Below are positions 40,581-54,289 of a stretch of DNA of 64,000 nt, one piece after another. Source of the DNA: Camelus dromedarius (lineage: Eukaryota); the NCBI RefSeq assembly GCF_036321535.1, contig NC_087438.1, positions 5,272,001 through 5,336,000 on the forward strand, given 5' to 3'. Within the stretch, counting starts at the first letter, position 1; each line of letters opens with the position of its first letter. Both the position numbers and the translations under genes were made by a program. The notes under the pieces were generated by a model. It had not been told where the DNA came from. It did no database searches and saw nothing but the letters and a program-made list of their open reading frames with translations.

Positions 40581-41158
40581 GCGAGGTGACAGGAGAAAGC
40601 ACGTACCATGTATCTGCAAGGAGGATTTCCAGAAGCTTCTGTCGGAGGTGCAGAGCAGGCAGGGAGGGGAGCTTTGTGGGTGGAGGGTGCTGGGGCCATT
40701 CTCTCCGCAACAGCATTTTTCTCTCCAGGGGCTGGGCGCTCCTGGGAGAGTCATCTCGTTACAGATGTGTGTGCTGGATAGTTAATACTCAGAATGAGAT
40801 TGCCATGTTGGTTTCTCCCACATTTGTTTAAAAAAAAACAACAGTTAAGAAAGAGGTAATGTAAAAAGTTCTAAAGGGGAGAACCACGGGCCCCTTGGTG
40901 CAGGAAGGGTGCTGCGGAGGTGATGAAGGATGGGTGATCCCAGCTGAGCTACGTGTGAGTGGAGGGACCTCCGTGCACGACTCGGTGACCGGCAGACGAC
41001 AGGGCTCCAGCTTCCACTCAGAGAGACCTCCTGTCCAGCATCACTGACAGCAGCTCTGGGCCCAGGGACCCCCTTCCCCGATGCCCCAGGGTCACCCAGG
41101 GCCTCGCTGCACAGCCGGGCCAGGCAGGCCTAGGGATGCAGCGCCGCGTAGGGAGGAG

Positions 41159-41550
41159 TGTCAGTCATCCGGGGCTGCCCTGCAAAGTGCCACCCGCTGG
41201 ACAGGTTAAACAACAAAACTGGTCTTCTCACAGCTCTGAAGTCTAGAAGTCAGAGATCAGGTGCCTGGACGGTGGTGTCTGGTGAAAACTCGCCTTGACT
41301 TGCAGAGGGCAGCCTCCATGCCATGTGCTCGTGTGGCCTCTGCTGGGGGCCGCGCAGAGGAAGGGAGGGAGCAAGCTCCCCAGTGTCTCCTCTTTCCTAA
41401 GACGCTTGTTGTCTTGGGTCAGGGCCCCACCCTTAGGACTTAATTTAACTTGACGCCCTCAGAGGCCCCATCTCCAGAGACAGCCACACGGAGGGTTAGG
41501 CCTCCGACGCGTGAGCTGGCGGGAGTACAAACACTCCACTGTCATTAACA
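41159..41550 (-). mobile_element. MaLR MLT1A-like solo LTR
   Basis: ggggctgccctgcaaagtgccacccgctggacaggttaaacaac...ttctcacagctctgaagtctagaagtcagagatcagg...gggtcagggccccacccttaggac. Confidence 0.82.
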
Positions 41551-44500
41551 AGAGGAAGGTGGCCTTCTCCCTGCTTTAGCTTCCCCTCTGCTGCCGGAAC
41601 CTGCATCCTACATTTCAGGATATCTCTGCTCCTCACCTCAAGTCAGGATCTTGTTTAGAATTGTCTTTATTGGCCTCGGCCTAGCCCCAAAACAACTGCA
41701 CGTAAATTGATAAAGAAACTTATTTACAGCCCAGGGGTGGGGCTGACTTTCTCCAGGCCGGAGACCACATGGGTCAGGACCGATGTCAGGAGACCGTGCA
41801 TGAAACACACACAGATTCTCTCTTCTCTCTGTGGTTCCGGTTCCCCAGAATATTTGATCTTAACAGCCCACCCAGACCTTTCCTGTTCCAGATACCCAAG
41901 TCACAGGAGACATCTCTGAGTTTCTTACAAATCGATAAGAGGACCACAGACACCGTGAGGTCTGCAGGGTCTACTCTCCTTCACTCTGAGGACGAGGGAG
42001 GAAGAATTAGGCCCATCAGTCATCGCTCCAAGGAAGAAGCCACAGGCCACACTCCACCTGCTGTGGGAAGAGGCAGGCAAAGGCCACAGCTGTGTGTCCC
42101 GTGTTCTTTCCTTAAATATCTTTGCTGCAAGGGGTTTTGCTTCAGGACTAACCGGTATAAGACAGTCTTACCATAAAGGAGCAAGAAAATAAAATGAAGA
42201 AAGAGGCATTAAAATGGACATCATGACACATTAATAACAAAATTTTTAAAGATCTGATTGTGAAAAATAAAAATACCAAAGATATTTGGGTGCCCTTGAA
42301 ATGTGTGTAGATACAGGGTCGTGGCTGTATTTGAGGGAATCTCAGAGAAAGCAGTGATGCTCTCTTTCTCAAGGTCCATCGCCAAGGATTCGGGACCTAA
42401 TGTAGAACATGGGTTCTTTAGGATATAAACAACTTCTGCTCCATGTCTCTTCTGATCTCCCTGCGAGTAGAACGAACAGTGGAGGGACACTGCTGTTTCT
42501 TACCAACGTGTGTTAACGTAAATACCTGGTGATGCGCAGCTCAGCTATACTGACGTGTCCTGTCACGCCCAGTCCCCACAGTTCACCAAGTCATCTGAAC
42601 CAAATTCTGTGCCAAATACTACAACTCTGTCCACATCATGTCCTTTGCTGTCAAATGGCAAAAAAAATTTTCACCACTTTCGAGAAATTTATACCCATGA
42701 GGAATCACGCGGCCATCCCCTCTGGAGGAGTGATGGGAGTTGATTCTTCTGTTACCTCCAGCTTCTAACACTGCACGATGGATCTGGTAGAGAACATGGC
42801 AAGAGAACAAGGTGTTGTATCTGAATCAGACAAAGAACCGGTGGTGAATGGTCTTGAAGACGGTTGTGGATGACTAGCCGCCTTTTATACATGTGCCACA
42901 GCTTGGTACATTTTTGGTTTTTGACAGATGGAGAGATGAAAAATTTGCAAAAATTGGTATGTTATCATTTTCTAGTGTAATGAATCCAAAACTGAATCAA
43001 CCATTGATTTCATCTATTGTGGCAAAAACGGCGCGGCCTTATGGCTAATTAGTTGTGTAGCGTGACTGTTTGCAACAAAGATTCTTACTGGCTAATACCT
43101 AAAACCAACAACTGAAATTCAGTCATTTCCCTGAGGGATCAAGCCTTAGCACCTGTGCTCGGTGCCAGGGACACCAGGAAGGTCAGGCCTGGTCTTGAGC
43201 ACCTCCTGTCCATGTGCGGGTCACAGACAGGTAACCACAACCTAGACTGGAAATATGGGGGCCCTGCTAACTAGTGTGGAGCTGGTTTTATTTCCACTTC
43301 ATAAATTACACCCATATTTTATTTCCAAGTTTATATTATCCAGGAGCATTTTTGGATTAGACTTCTCATTCTCAATAAAGAAGAAAACTGTTTTTAATAA
43401 ATTACCAGCATACAATATTCATAGTTTGATATCCAGAACAAGTATGCAGTTCTTAAAATGAGAATCGTGAACATGTACCTTGCATTTCATTTTCTGCTCC
43501 TTTGATTCTTCCAACTAGTCCCATATTTCTGCACCTGGTGCAGTCATAAGAAACACCCCCAAAAAAGTTCATTTCACTGATACCTTGAATCAAGAAGTAT
43601 TTTTATAGATCTCACTTTGAATGCCAATCATTCTAGAATCCATTCCTGGCTTCTGTGCCTCAGTTGAAATTGCACTGACTGTAGCTTCGTCTCCTGGATT
43701 ATTTAAGCTCACGCGCGTGAGAGTCTGTGGATCTGCCCAGAGGCCCGGGGCCCGTGGCTGTCCGGGTGGACCTGGAGATGTTCCTCCTCAAACGCGCTGG
43801 CCTCCTGGGTTAACTTGGTAATCCTAGTGTGAAGCGTCAGTGCACGTTCAGACCCGAATCTGCAATCGGGAGGTGACTGTTCCTGTTGATCACAGGGTGA
43901 TGTGTGACAGCTCACCTGGCCTTTATTCCTGGATCCTCAAAGGTGTTCCCTATTTACCTTTATCTCCCAAATACATCGCAGGTAGTCAGAATCCACAGAA
44001 ATATGGCCAGTGGATTGGAAAAATACCATATTTGAGAATTCGTGGGAATTGATCATTGTTTGCATACGTACAACATTTTATATACATAAAACATAATTTT
44101 CTGTCTAGAAATTATATATATATACCTTTTCTATCTATATATAGATATATGTCTAGATATAGATGTATAGTTACATATATATGCAGGTATCTATGCATAT
44201 ATACTACATGCATATACATATGTAATTCAGGTTATTATTTTTTTAATCTTAAAAGTCTTTATTTTTAAAACATCAGAAAGTAGAAATAAAAATTCCTCAG
44301 TGTAATGACTTAACCCAGTTGGTTATTTATTTCGTCAACGTTTATTTGCAGATACTTTTCTTGGTGCGTAGATTACAGTTTTTTCTTACATTTCTGTACT
44401 CATGATTACGAGAATGTGTATCTGTCTGTTTCACTAAGCTTTATTCCATAAAATGCTGTGTTTATTTTATTGCAAAATGTGTGACTGTGTCAGCCACCGC

Positions 44501-45322
44501 GAGCCCAGCTGGCACGATCACACGCCCGGTGTGGCTGTTTAACTTGTGAGTGTGCGCAACGTTCTAGTGAAGGGTTTCGTCTCCAAGGTCTTTCTCTAGC
44601 TCAACTGCTTTCTTGAAATAGATTTCTGAAAGTCAGTCAACATGTAAGAATGCTTACTTTCATATAATTTTTATTTTTCAACATCTGAGGGGGATGCATG
44701 TGTTTGTGTGCCTGCAGCAACGTACTATGTTAGTGGTCTGAACTGATTGCTTCTCATGTTAGAATTTTTACCCAGTTTTCGAAAACGATTCAAGCACAGT
44801 TGTTTTTTTTTTACTTTATAGAAATGAAAACCATGACAATGAAAGTACCTTTAGTAAGTGTGAAAGGAGTAAAATCTTCCTGCCTAGAGCGTGAAGCCAC
44901 CCTGAATGTTTTTGATGCTCTGGGGTGTGTTGCTCACCGTAAGCTAAGAAACATACTGCTTCTCTGTGAACCAAATCCGTTAGGGGATGAAACTGCTGTG
45001 TGGTTTCAGTAAAACATCCGGTAGTAAATTTATTGACACAGTTGAGTCCTTTTGGTGACTTATCTCCCTAATTATTCAAGTTGAATAACTTGAGTTTCAG
45101 TTGGGTATGACAGTTGATTTGTCATATAGAATTTTCAAAGGAGGACAAGGCAGTGTCTGAATAAGAAAAATGTCTTTGCAGATCCTGTTAACAAACCTGG
45201 ATTCCATATCCAGTTATTTGGCATTATGAAGAAAGAAGAATGCAAGTCATTTTTAAAAAATAGTTCCAGATGTTTGGTTAGAGATTTGGTTTTATGATGT
45301 GTCTGTCCTTTTTTGTTTCCAG

Positions 45323-45392
45323 GCAATGGCTCAAGTCCGAAGACATTCAGAGAATCTCGTTACTTTTCTACAATAAAATACTAGAGAAAGAA
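45323..45392 (+). CDS. ADCY2: ADCY2 coding exon (approx. exon 13), 70 nt
   Basis: Acceptor ttttgtttccag|G, donor GAA|gtaagc; translates QWLKSEDIQRISLLFYNKILEKE. Confidence 0.94.
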
Positions 45393-46661
45393 GTAAGCTA
45401 TTTTCCTTCAAAATCAATCATTTTGCCAAAATATTACTTTTAAAAAATTCCACCATGGAATTGTATTCATGTTTTTTTCACTCATGACATTTAAACTGCT
45501 TCTAACCGCGTCAGGTTTCTTCCCAGCTTTTCCTGTGGTGCTTCATGCAGATATGTTTTCCCACATTTCTTGTTGCTACATGTCTGTCTTTGTCTTGTTA
45601 CCACTCTCAACACCCCTGGTAGTAAATGCTGTCTGTGATACGTGGGGCGATGGAGTTAACAAAGGGAAGGAGTTAGTACTTTGCTTTCTCAGTGGAAAGT
45701 TTTCTTAGAAAAGGTTTTAAAAGGAAGACAGATGATCGATTTCTTGAACATGTGTAAGCACATTTGTCTGTCCTTTATGACTGGATCACCACATTCTGTT
45801 GATTCTTATTTTATGGTTGGCTTTATTCCTTTGATAGCTATGTAAGTAAAAAGCTAAAGCTCTAAATTGTTCTTAGAAGCAATGATCAGTACATATATGT
45901 AAACTAAAAAATATGTGCAGTATATTGTATATACGTATTTACATGCAATATAATGTGTATGTGCAGTCAAACTATAATAATTCTACCTAATAAGCTGAAA
46001 AATGAAAAAAAAAGGAAAAGGTTTAAAAGGGAGGCAAAATCCTTTCTGATAAGTTTATAATGTCTTTATACAAATTACTTTAAATTTTTGATAAAAGCAT
46101 GAGATTTACATTCATCCCCTGTTTGGGAGAATTAGAAACCCTAAACTTTTAAGTTTCGTTGCATCTAAATAGTTTCACATTATGACTCGCAAAGTGAGAG
46201 CTATTTCAGGCACAGGTAAATAGGTGGACATTTACTTTGTACATGTCAAGCTTAACATGGATTTGCTAAAATAAATTAAGTAATTATAGCAGAAAGGACA
46301 ATTGTTCCAGGTTGGCCTTTTGTTTTGTGTCGATCTAGAAAAGAAACAGGTTAGAGGTAAGATGTCCATCATCCAGCCATATAATTACAGCCTTAATTTG
46401 AACAAAAGCTACCATATTAGTGGCAGCAGTCACTGCAATGATAGTAAAACTCTGTTGAGGAAATGTAGTTCATTGTTTTATGGATATTGAAATGGACATA
46501 CCACATATCAAAAATCCTTCCACAATTCGTTAAGGTTGGATCTTACAGTTACACCAGAACTGTCTTTTATATTAGTTAGTGGCCAAGAAGGTCAGTTGTG
46601 TGCTTCTAAGTCAGAGCCTTGACTGCAGTAAGTTTACCAAATTGCTGTTTTATATAATTTT

Positions 46662-46667
46662 TTATTA

Positions 46668-46718
<51 letters not shown>
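46662..46718. repeat. (TTA)n trinucleotide microsatellite
   Basis: About 16 near-perfect TTA units. Confidence 0.95.
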
Positions 46719-46721
<3 letters not shown>

Positions 46722-47389
46722 GCTATTTTATCTTTGAACAACTTATACATTAATGACTACTTATTGTTTAAATGTTAAATTATTTCCTTCCTGATAAAAA
46801 TCTTTTTCTTTTATTAATACCACTCCTTTCCTTTATTAATACCATGGAGAGGTTCCAACTCATGTCTCTATACACAGCGCAGAAGACAAGGGCATAATTG
46901 AAAGCATAAAACATGATCACATTTTAGTAATTATGCTAATATAGCTTCTTCATCAGGATGTAAATTATCCTGGCTATTAAGTCACAAAATTCACCCAAAA
47001 ATATTCTAGTAAACAGAAAGTGATCATCATTCAAACAGGAAGCTTTTGCTGACGTTCCCCATGTGAGCATTTGCAGAGGCCGGCTCTGAGGCAGACATTA
47101 GACAGCACTGAGACTCAAGCTCACTTTCTGTCCTCCTATTCCCAGCCTGCTCTTCAGGCTGGCAGGAGGGGTAAAAGACAGCAAGACAGAGGGGAGGAGT
47201 CAGACCACCAGAGATCCGCCATCCACACCAAAACCCCGGAGGCTAAACCCAAGAAATACACACCTAACTTCCCAGCACTTGGGAAACTGCAGATGTAGCT
47301 AATGCAACCTGTCAGCGTTGTCAGGAGGTTTCTATAGCATTGCCACAAACACTTTATTTCCATTCATTTTTTTAGAGAACCCTCTTTTG

Positions 47390-47612
47390 AGAGGCAGTAG
47401 AGACTCACGGTTGGAAGCCTGGGTTTGGAGCCAGTCTACCTGGATGAAGATCCTGGTTTTGCCATGTGCTGTGTATTTCTGAATGTTAATCAGTCATTCT
47501 GGTCCAAAGTTCCTTTATCCAAAACTTGGGACAATAATAGTTCCTGTCTTTGGCAGTTGTTGTGAGGATTAAGTGAGTTAGTCCATGGAAGCGTGGAGAG
47601 TACCCAGCACAC
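47390..47612 (+). mobile_element. MIR SINE
   Basis: tttggagccagtctacctggatg...ggacaataatagttcct...gttgttgtgaggattaagtgagtta (MIR core). Confidence 0.8.
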
Positions 47613-48362
47613 CATCACCATCATAAAGGTGATATGTGACAGACCACTATCACATCATGATTGCAGCACTGGCCAGCTTGTCCGGCTAACTCAAGCAGGG
47701 ACAGTCCCAACCAGGCAGCCACATTGATCCATTTATGATCCTCGATGTTATGGAAAGTTGCTTGAACCTGCCAATTATGCTGGATGAGTAGCTAGGGTGT
47801 CCAGCAGCCAGCCCCAGACAGGCAAACAGAACGATCGGAGACCTAGAACAGAGCCTGCTGGTCTTCTGTCTTGTAAATTCACTCACTATAATAAAATAAA
47901 ATACTAAAACGATTAAATCAAATGAGGAAATTGCATTTCCTCAATAGTGTTCAAAAGTAAAATATTATTACGTGAAGTGATTTGCTTTCCCCAAGTAATC
48001 GGGGACCTCAGACCCACAAGGGAACCGGGACACCTGCAGGTGACGTCCCTGCAGTCCCCTCACTCATCTTCCTGGCCAGGTGCCCACTCTCCTTGATGGA
48101 GTGATCTGAGTGCCTTTAAATGGGTTTCTGAACAGTTGGACTCATAAAACTCATGGCCGTCAGAGTCCCTCCTTCACCGCTCATTTGGAGGGAGGAAGCT
48201 CACACTGCTGGAGATGAGCAGCCCTTGTCCTTAGCTCATGTTTTGCCACAATCTACAAGTGACGAGTGTGATGCGTGAACTAGATACGGTCAGGCTACCG
48301 GATGATCGTTTCAGCCCTTCTCTTAGAAAGCCCCTCATTCCTGGTTTCTTTCCTCCCGTCAG

Positions 48363-48460
48363 TACCGAGCCACGGCACTGCCAGCGTTCAAGTATTACGT
48401 GACCTGCGCCTGCCTCATCTTCTTCTGCATCTTCATCGTGCAGATCCTGGTGTTACCCAA
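48363..48460 (+). CDS. ADCY2: ADCY2 coding exon (approx. exon 14), 98 nt, first helix of second transmembrane cluster
   Basis: Acceptor ttcctcccgtcag|TAC, donor AA|gtaagt; translates YRATALPAFKYYVTCACLIFFCIFIVQILVLP, a hydrophobic helix. Confidence 0.95.
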
Positions 48461-50519
48461 GTAAGTGCGCACGGCTCTCCTCTGCGGTTCTCACTGGGCG
48501 TGCCTCTCTGCTGGGGCCCGGGCGTACTGAAGGGTATGAGAGGATGGATAATTTCCACCAGAGCGCTTATGTAACATGGTGGAGGGGGGAGCAGGGAGGG
48601 GACGCAGGGCGGGGCAGGTTAATTCAGGATCCACGAAGCTGAGCGCCCCCCACTACCCGCGTGTCACACTTAGTTACAGTAATTCTGGATTTTCAAGGTG
48701 GACATGTTGATTCACCTTATTGGGATGTTTTTAAATAAATTTAGCCATTTTACTTTGATTTCCATACTATGCTGATACTTATGTGTAAGAAACATAATCC
48801 AATCAACTTTACCCAGAAAGGGCAACATCACCAGATGTTGCCTCTAGTAAACAAGTAACCCTGTTGTATATTGAAAGGACAAAGCCTGCAGTGGGCTCAC
48901 TTGCCCACCCACCCGTCCTGACCTCATGTTCCCCTCCCTCAAGTCCACCCTCTCCGCCGTCTCTGATGGTTGCGAGTCCCTGTCCAGCTCGCCCCTCCCC
49001 AGAGAGACCTGGAACAGACAGGAGAACTGAGTAACCAGATTGCACATCTTCACATTTGTCCACCTACTGGGAAAATCCAGGAATCACTCTGATTCCTATG
49101 TCGTCTTTCCCTCGTACCTTCTTAGTGAGTGCGATTTAAGTCAGCTGACTTCCTTTAAAGAAACGGATTCTTTCTCATTGTACAGTCTAAAGGAAAAGAA
49201 GACTCTTGTCCCTCTTCCAACAGCTGGGGATCAGAAGGAACTTTTAAGACACGTTTCCTTTCCCCTGATCATTGCGTGTTTTGCAAAGGCCGCAGTGACC
49301 GTCTCCAGTCTAGCTGGCATTCCTTGTGTGGTTGCGTTTAACTTCAGCAGGACCGCCCGCATTTGTGGGCAACTTGAGTTGCTGAGGCTGGGTTACAGTT
49401 GGTCTTATGAAGATGTGAGCAAACTAGAAGGAAATGGTCTGCCTTCCCCTCTGTACTCCAAACAACACCAAACAGTGTTCTGGGCACTGAGCCAATACCA
49501 GGTATTTGTAGATTAATGACAAATCAAAGTGTTCCTCATACATGTATGGTTCCAAAGCTCTCCACCCACTTTTAGAAGAAGTTCCACTGGGCGTCCCCTC
49601 CCTCCCCCATAAATTAGCATTGAAATACGTTCGCCAGATGAGTTCTTCCTGTCGACCTACACAGCCTTGACTGAAATCTGTCAGCCTATCAGTGTTCCAT
49701 CAGCAAAAATGTTAACAAATTGAGCTGCTTTTAAGTTCAGCTGTTGTTGCACAGACAAGGCTCACTGAATAGGAGAGGGGCATTTAGAAAGTGATGTAGG
49801 TGAAGCAGGTGTCACCCAGGGACGCAGGCCCTTGTTGATACTCTGAAGTAGATAAGGTCTTGCCTTTTTCTACATCTTCCTATTGGAGGAGTATTTTTAT
49901 ATTTTCTATGTCACGGTGAAGATAGGGTTTCTCTCCTGCTGTTGGGACGGGAGACCATGACTAGGGCATTATAAACGACCAGACCAAAGAAGACAGAAAG
50001 ACTTCTGGGGACTAGGAAAAACCTGTCATGAAATGACAGTGTTTAAAAAAAAAAAAATCAAGTTGACGTCATCTCTGTCTTTGCTTTTATTTTCTTGTCT
50101 CTTTTCTGTTGCATTGCTTATGGGAACCCGTGGAAGTTCATTTTCTCGGGCATCATTACCAATTATTGTGTTTCTCTTGAACAACAAGTTGGACTTTGAG
50201 CATGAACACTGTGAAATAGGTGCTGGGTCCTTCTTCCTCTTTGTGTTGGCAGTTAGAAAGCTCAGAATAAGGTCTGTGGACGCCTCTAAGAGTGCTAAGA
50301 CCTGCACTTCTGTACCAGCCTTGTAGTGTGGTATATCCTATTATATTAGTCTTTTTCCTTCACTTTTCTTTTATTCTAATGTCCTAATTTTTCTTTTTTT
50401 CCTTTTAAATATTCTTGCTGTGCAATATTTCAAAGATACAGAAAAAGTACAGCGCTTAATGTAATAAATGTGCATTTGCACACAATCCAGGCTTCACAAA
50501 CGATAATCCTGTCGTATTT

Positions 50520-52500
50520 ACTGTATGCGCATTTCCATGCTCTTGGGGCCATTATTGGTTGAGTGTATTTCCTGTAAACAATATCCGTTTTTATTTTTCA
50601 TTTATTCAAAAAGATCTCATATCTTTTTGTATATTAATATGACTTTATTCCATTTGTGTTTTAATTCGTTTATTGCTGTGTGTGGACCTACTTCTACTCT
50701 CTTATTTCATGTTTCATTTACTTTGCTTTTCTTTGGTTTTCCCCACACCCGCATCCCCCATCCTCCTAACCTCCGAAAGACGGATCCAGTTTTCTCTATT
50801 CTTAATTTTCCTTGACTGGTTAGGAAATACATACAGATATATATAATGGGGAATATTTTATATATGGCAGATGGGGGGGCTCCTATATATTCTTCTTTCA
50901 ATGATTGGCATTGAAATCTTAACATATATTTTTAATTTAATAAAGCCTAAAGTTAATCCTTATGTCTCTTCTGTGTAACTGTTTCTTAGGATTTTAATTC
51001 CAGATGGTAATTATAGTCAGTATTTATTTAGAGTTACCCACATTCTTTACCATTCTATTGGCTCATCGGTGCTTTTTAAAAGTTGTTTCATCAAGTTTGT
51101 TCTTGCTGACGTCCGTCATGTATTAGTTCTCTTCTTTATGATCTGTGAGTAGTAATAGCTCCTATTTTTTGTTTGTATTGAAGTATCTTTATCTGCTTTA
51201 TGTCGCATTGGCGCTTGAATAATAGTTTGGGTATAAAATTCTAGATTAACTCTTATTTCCCCTTAGGATTGCAATGCTATTATTGCACTGAATCTCACTT
51301 CTGTTGTTGCTAAGGAAATGTCTTCTGTCAGCACCATTACATGCCTTTTCAGGCAACCTGTCTTTCTCTATGTGTGCTTTGGAGGGGGGGTTGGGGGGGG
51401 GGTGGCTGGGTTTTTTAGTACATGGCTTCTAGATACGTATTTGTCCTTATTTCCCTAAGTGACAAGGTGTGATTATTTTTCAATCTGAGGATTCATGTCC
51501 TTGCTTAGTTCTCAGTGATTCTTTGCCTGTATCACCTTATGTATTGCTTCTCCTCTCTTTTCTGTGTTCTTTCCTCCTGAAACTCTTAATAATTGTATAT
51601 TGTGCTGTTCATTCTGTGCTCCAGGTCCTGTCATTTTTCCTCAAAGTTCCCACCTCTTTACTTCTTTGTGTTGCCTTCTGGTGGCTTCCTCACCCACTTT
51701 TTCATATCTAAGAAGCCTTTTATCTGAATTTTTCCTGTAATTCTATATTGTACCTGTGAATTTACTTTTTCCCTTTTATTTTCAGATTTGAAACATATTA
51801 TCTGAAGGTGTGACCTGTTTTATTATGTTATTTATGTTCATATATGTGTGAATCCTGTTATTTAGTCTGCCTGTTGTCTGTTTCATGGGCATGTGTGTCT
51901 TTGGTGTCATCTGTCACTTCTACTGCAAGTTCATCAAAGCAAGGGTCTTGGTCCATGGTAACCTCCGATGTTCTGAGTCGTTAAGGCATCACTGTGATGT
52001 GGTTTTCACTGTGTCTCTGCCAGGTACCTCTGGGGTTCACCAGTGCAACTCACAATATATTTTTAAAATCCTTAGGTCAAGATTCCTTTACTAAACAGGT
52101 CACGTGAATTTCATTAGCCCCATAATATGGGTCAGGGTTGGGGGTCTTAGTTTTCCAAGGTTACTCTTTTTCCACTTATGACCCTACACGTACAGTCGGC
52201 TTCCCTGAAAATTACTCGACTGTTGGGCGTAGTTTTTATGTTTCCTGTTTCCTGGCTGGACAGCGCTTAATGGCTTCTGACTGTATTCAAGAGCTCAGTT
52301 CTAATTTTCGACTAAAATATCTGTGACCATCACCTACCTTGTAGACATTACACGTCACACCCTAAGGCCTGTATCAGCCCCTGGTCCCCCGGGCCATTTA
52401 GCATCAACACCTCGCAGCTTCCTGCTCTGAATACCCTCTGTATGTCTGGTGTGTGCTCTTCCTTGCTATGAGTGCATCTGTTTAAAAATAATAATTTTGT
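50520..52500 (-). mobile_element. Very old LINE-1 remnants
   Basis: T-rich strand with L1-like phrases (gggtataaaattctagatt, ttctgttgttgctaaggaaatgtc, gagtgtatttcctgtaaacaa); fragmented, edges uncertain. Confidence 0.55.
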
Positions 52501-53499
52501 TGTATTCTATGAAGCATTTTCATTGAGATAATGGTGCTTCCCACTTTTTCTGATACACCCTCACTTGTTTTTAAATATACTGAATTATGGTTTGGTTTGG
52601 TTTGGTCTCCTTTTGGTAAACTGCCTTGTGTTTTTGGGGGGGAGAAAGGAGAGGAATGATTAAATGAGTGAGGAAGTGAATAAATAAAGGAACAAGTGAA
52701 TGAATAACTAGTAATAGAGGAATTTGTGACCTTGAAAAGACCAGTAAGAGGAAGTATCTCCCTGAAAGAGGGCCTTACATCATCCCTTTTTGGCCCATAG
52801 TTTTTGAATCTGGTCTCAGATTTTGAACAGATGTAATTAAATTATTAGTTGGCTTCTTTTTTTGGAATTTTTTTTCACTTCTGTCTGCGTTGTACTATAA
52901 ATTTATCAGAAATGTAAGCAACCTTCAAAGGCTAGAAATGATCAAGCATGAATTTTTTGCATTTTATTAGTAGTCTCCCTCATATTGTCTGCCAAACTAA
53001 GTAGATTATGTTAAATCAGGCATGACAATTACTAAAATAAAGATGAATTTTTTCCAATAAAGTTCAGTTAAATATCATGTGTTTCATTAGCCCAAGTAAA
53101 ATTAAGAATAATTATTCCTTAAGGAAAATTACTAGCAAATTACAGTCTTAAATATCTTAGAACTACTTCGTCTACTTAGATTCTTTAATATGCATTCAAT
53201 TACTCATGTCAATAATCAATGCTTATTAATTCTTTAATACTCATTTCAAAAGAGTCACTCAATTTGTTTTCATCTTCAGAAAGGAAAAAAAAATAGGAGA
53301 AAGTTTAATGGTAAAATTGTTCGTGTCCATTGAAAGCAGACTTGGATTTCTATACACAAATGATAGTGAATAACTATCGTGAAGGCAGTTTGCTTTGGTG
53401 GGCAGCCATATTGGTGGGGCCAAAGTTTGGGTACCATGAGAGTAAATGACTCCCTGCATACTTTGATGCAGTGAGTGTGAATCTTAGAGCAAAGCAAAA

Positions 53500-53535
53500 A
53501 GGAAGGAAGGAAGGAAGGAAAGAAGGAAGAAAGAA
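53500..53535. repeat. (GGAA)n tandem repeat
   Basis: Five perfect ggaa units followed by a degenerate purine tract. Confidence 0.85.
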
Positions 53536-53649
53536 AAGAGAAGCAAATAAAAAGAAGATAATTTTCACTGTCTGAGATAAATGAACCATGTAGCTTTTAC
53601 TGAGATGAACAATATTCAACTTTGGATTCAGGTCATCTGAAAGTAAGAA

Positions 53650-54035
53650 AAAGCCTCAAAATTAGTAGCCTGGTCATTAGCAGTTTAGCACCTTCCCCAT
53701 GATCAAAGACAGAGGTAGGGTGATTCTCTGTCCCTTAGATTCCTTGGGCTCCTCAGTCCCTCCAGCACACAGCTCTACTTTCTGTAGACTTTTGTCCTCA
53801 CCCTCATTCTCAAAATGATAGCATCCACATTCTGAGCAACAGGATCAATGAACAGACCCAGAAGCAGAGGTTCAAAAAGCATTTATACCTGCCATCTCTG
53901 AGGATGCCTTCCAGAAACTGCCTCATGACACTTTGGTTTATAACTCAAGACTGAGATCTTAGTCACATGCACAAACCTAGCTGCAAGGGAGGCTGGAATA
54001 TGTAGCCTTTAGTCTGTGTGACAGGGTGCCTCTCT
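53650..54035. mobile_element. Old MaLR MLT1-type LTR fragment
   Basis: cttagtcacatgcacaaacctagctgcaagggaggctggaatatgtagccttta. Confidence 0.65.
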
Positions 54036-54289
54036 GAAAATTCTGATATCAGGAAAAAATGGAATTCATGAAAACCAGTACTATCTCCAGGCATAAAAAG
54101 TGATTTTTGTTGTAGTTTCCTGGCACAGTGGTCTCGTCCCTGGTGTAGTAAGATTTGAGGAACAACAGCAATCAAAAGGGAGCTGAACATTTTTACTCAG
54201 TGAAACAGGACAGTGTACTTTTATGTTGCATCTAGAGGTATATTCTGAGAATTTGCAATAGAAGTAAAAATAAATAAGAGAAATTTATA

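Noticed and set aside
42300..43050. Possible ancient DNA-transposon or pseudogene remnant
   Set aside because: I could not identify terminal repeats or a convincing protein motif by eye; it needs a Dfam or BLASTX search.
45372..45377. AATAAA inside a coding exon as a premature poly(A) signal
   Set aside because: It arises from Asn-Lys codons; the hexamer is common and there is no further support.
49040..49516. Longest ORF in the track (158 aa)
   Set aside because: Non-ATG start, no recognisable domain, intronic; length is compatible with chance.
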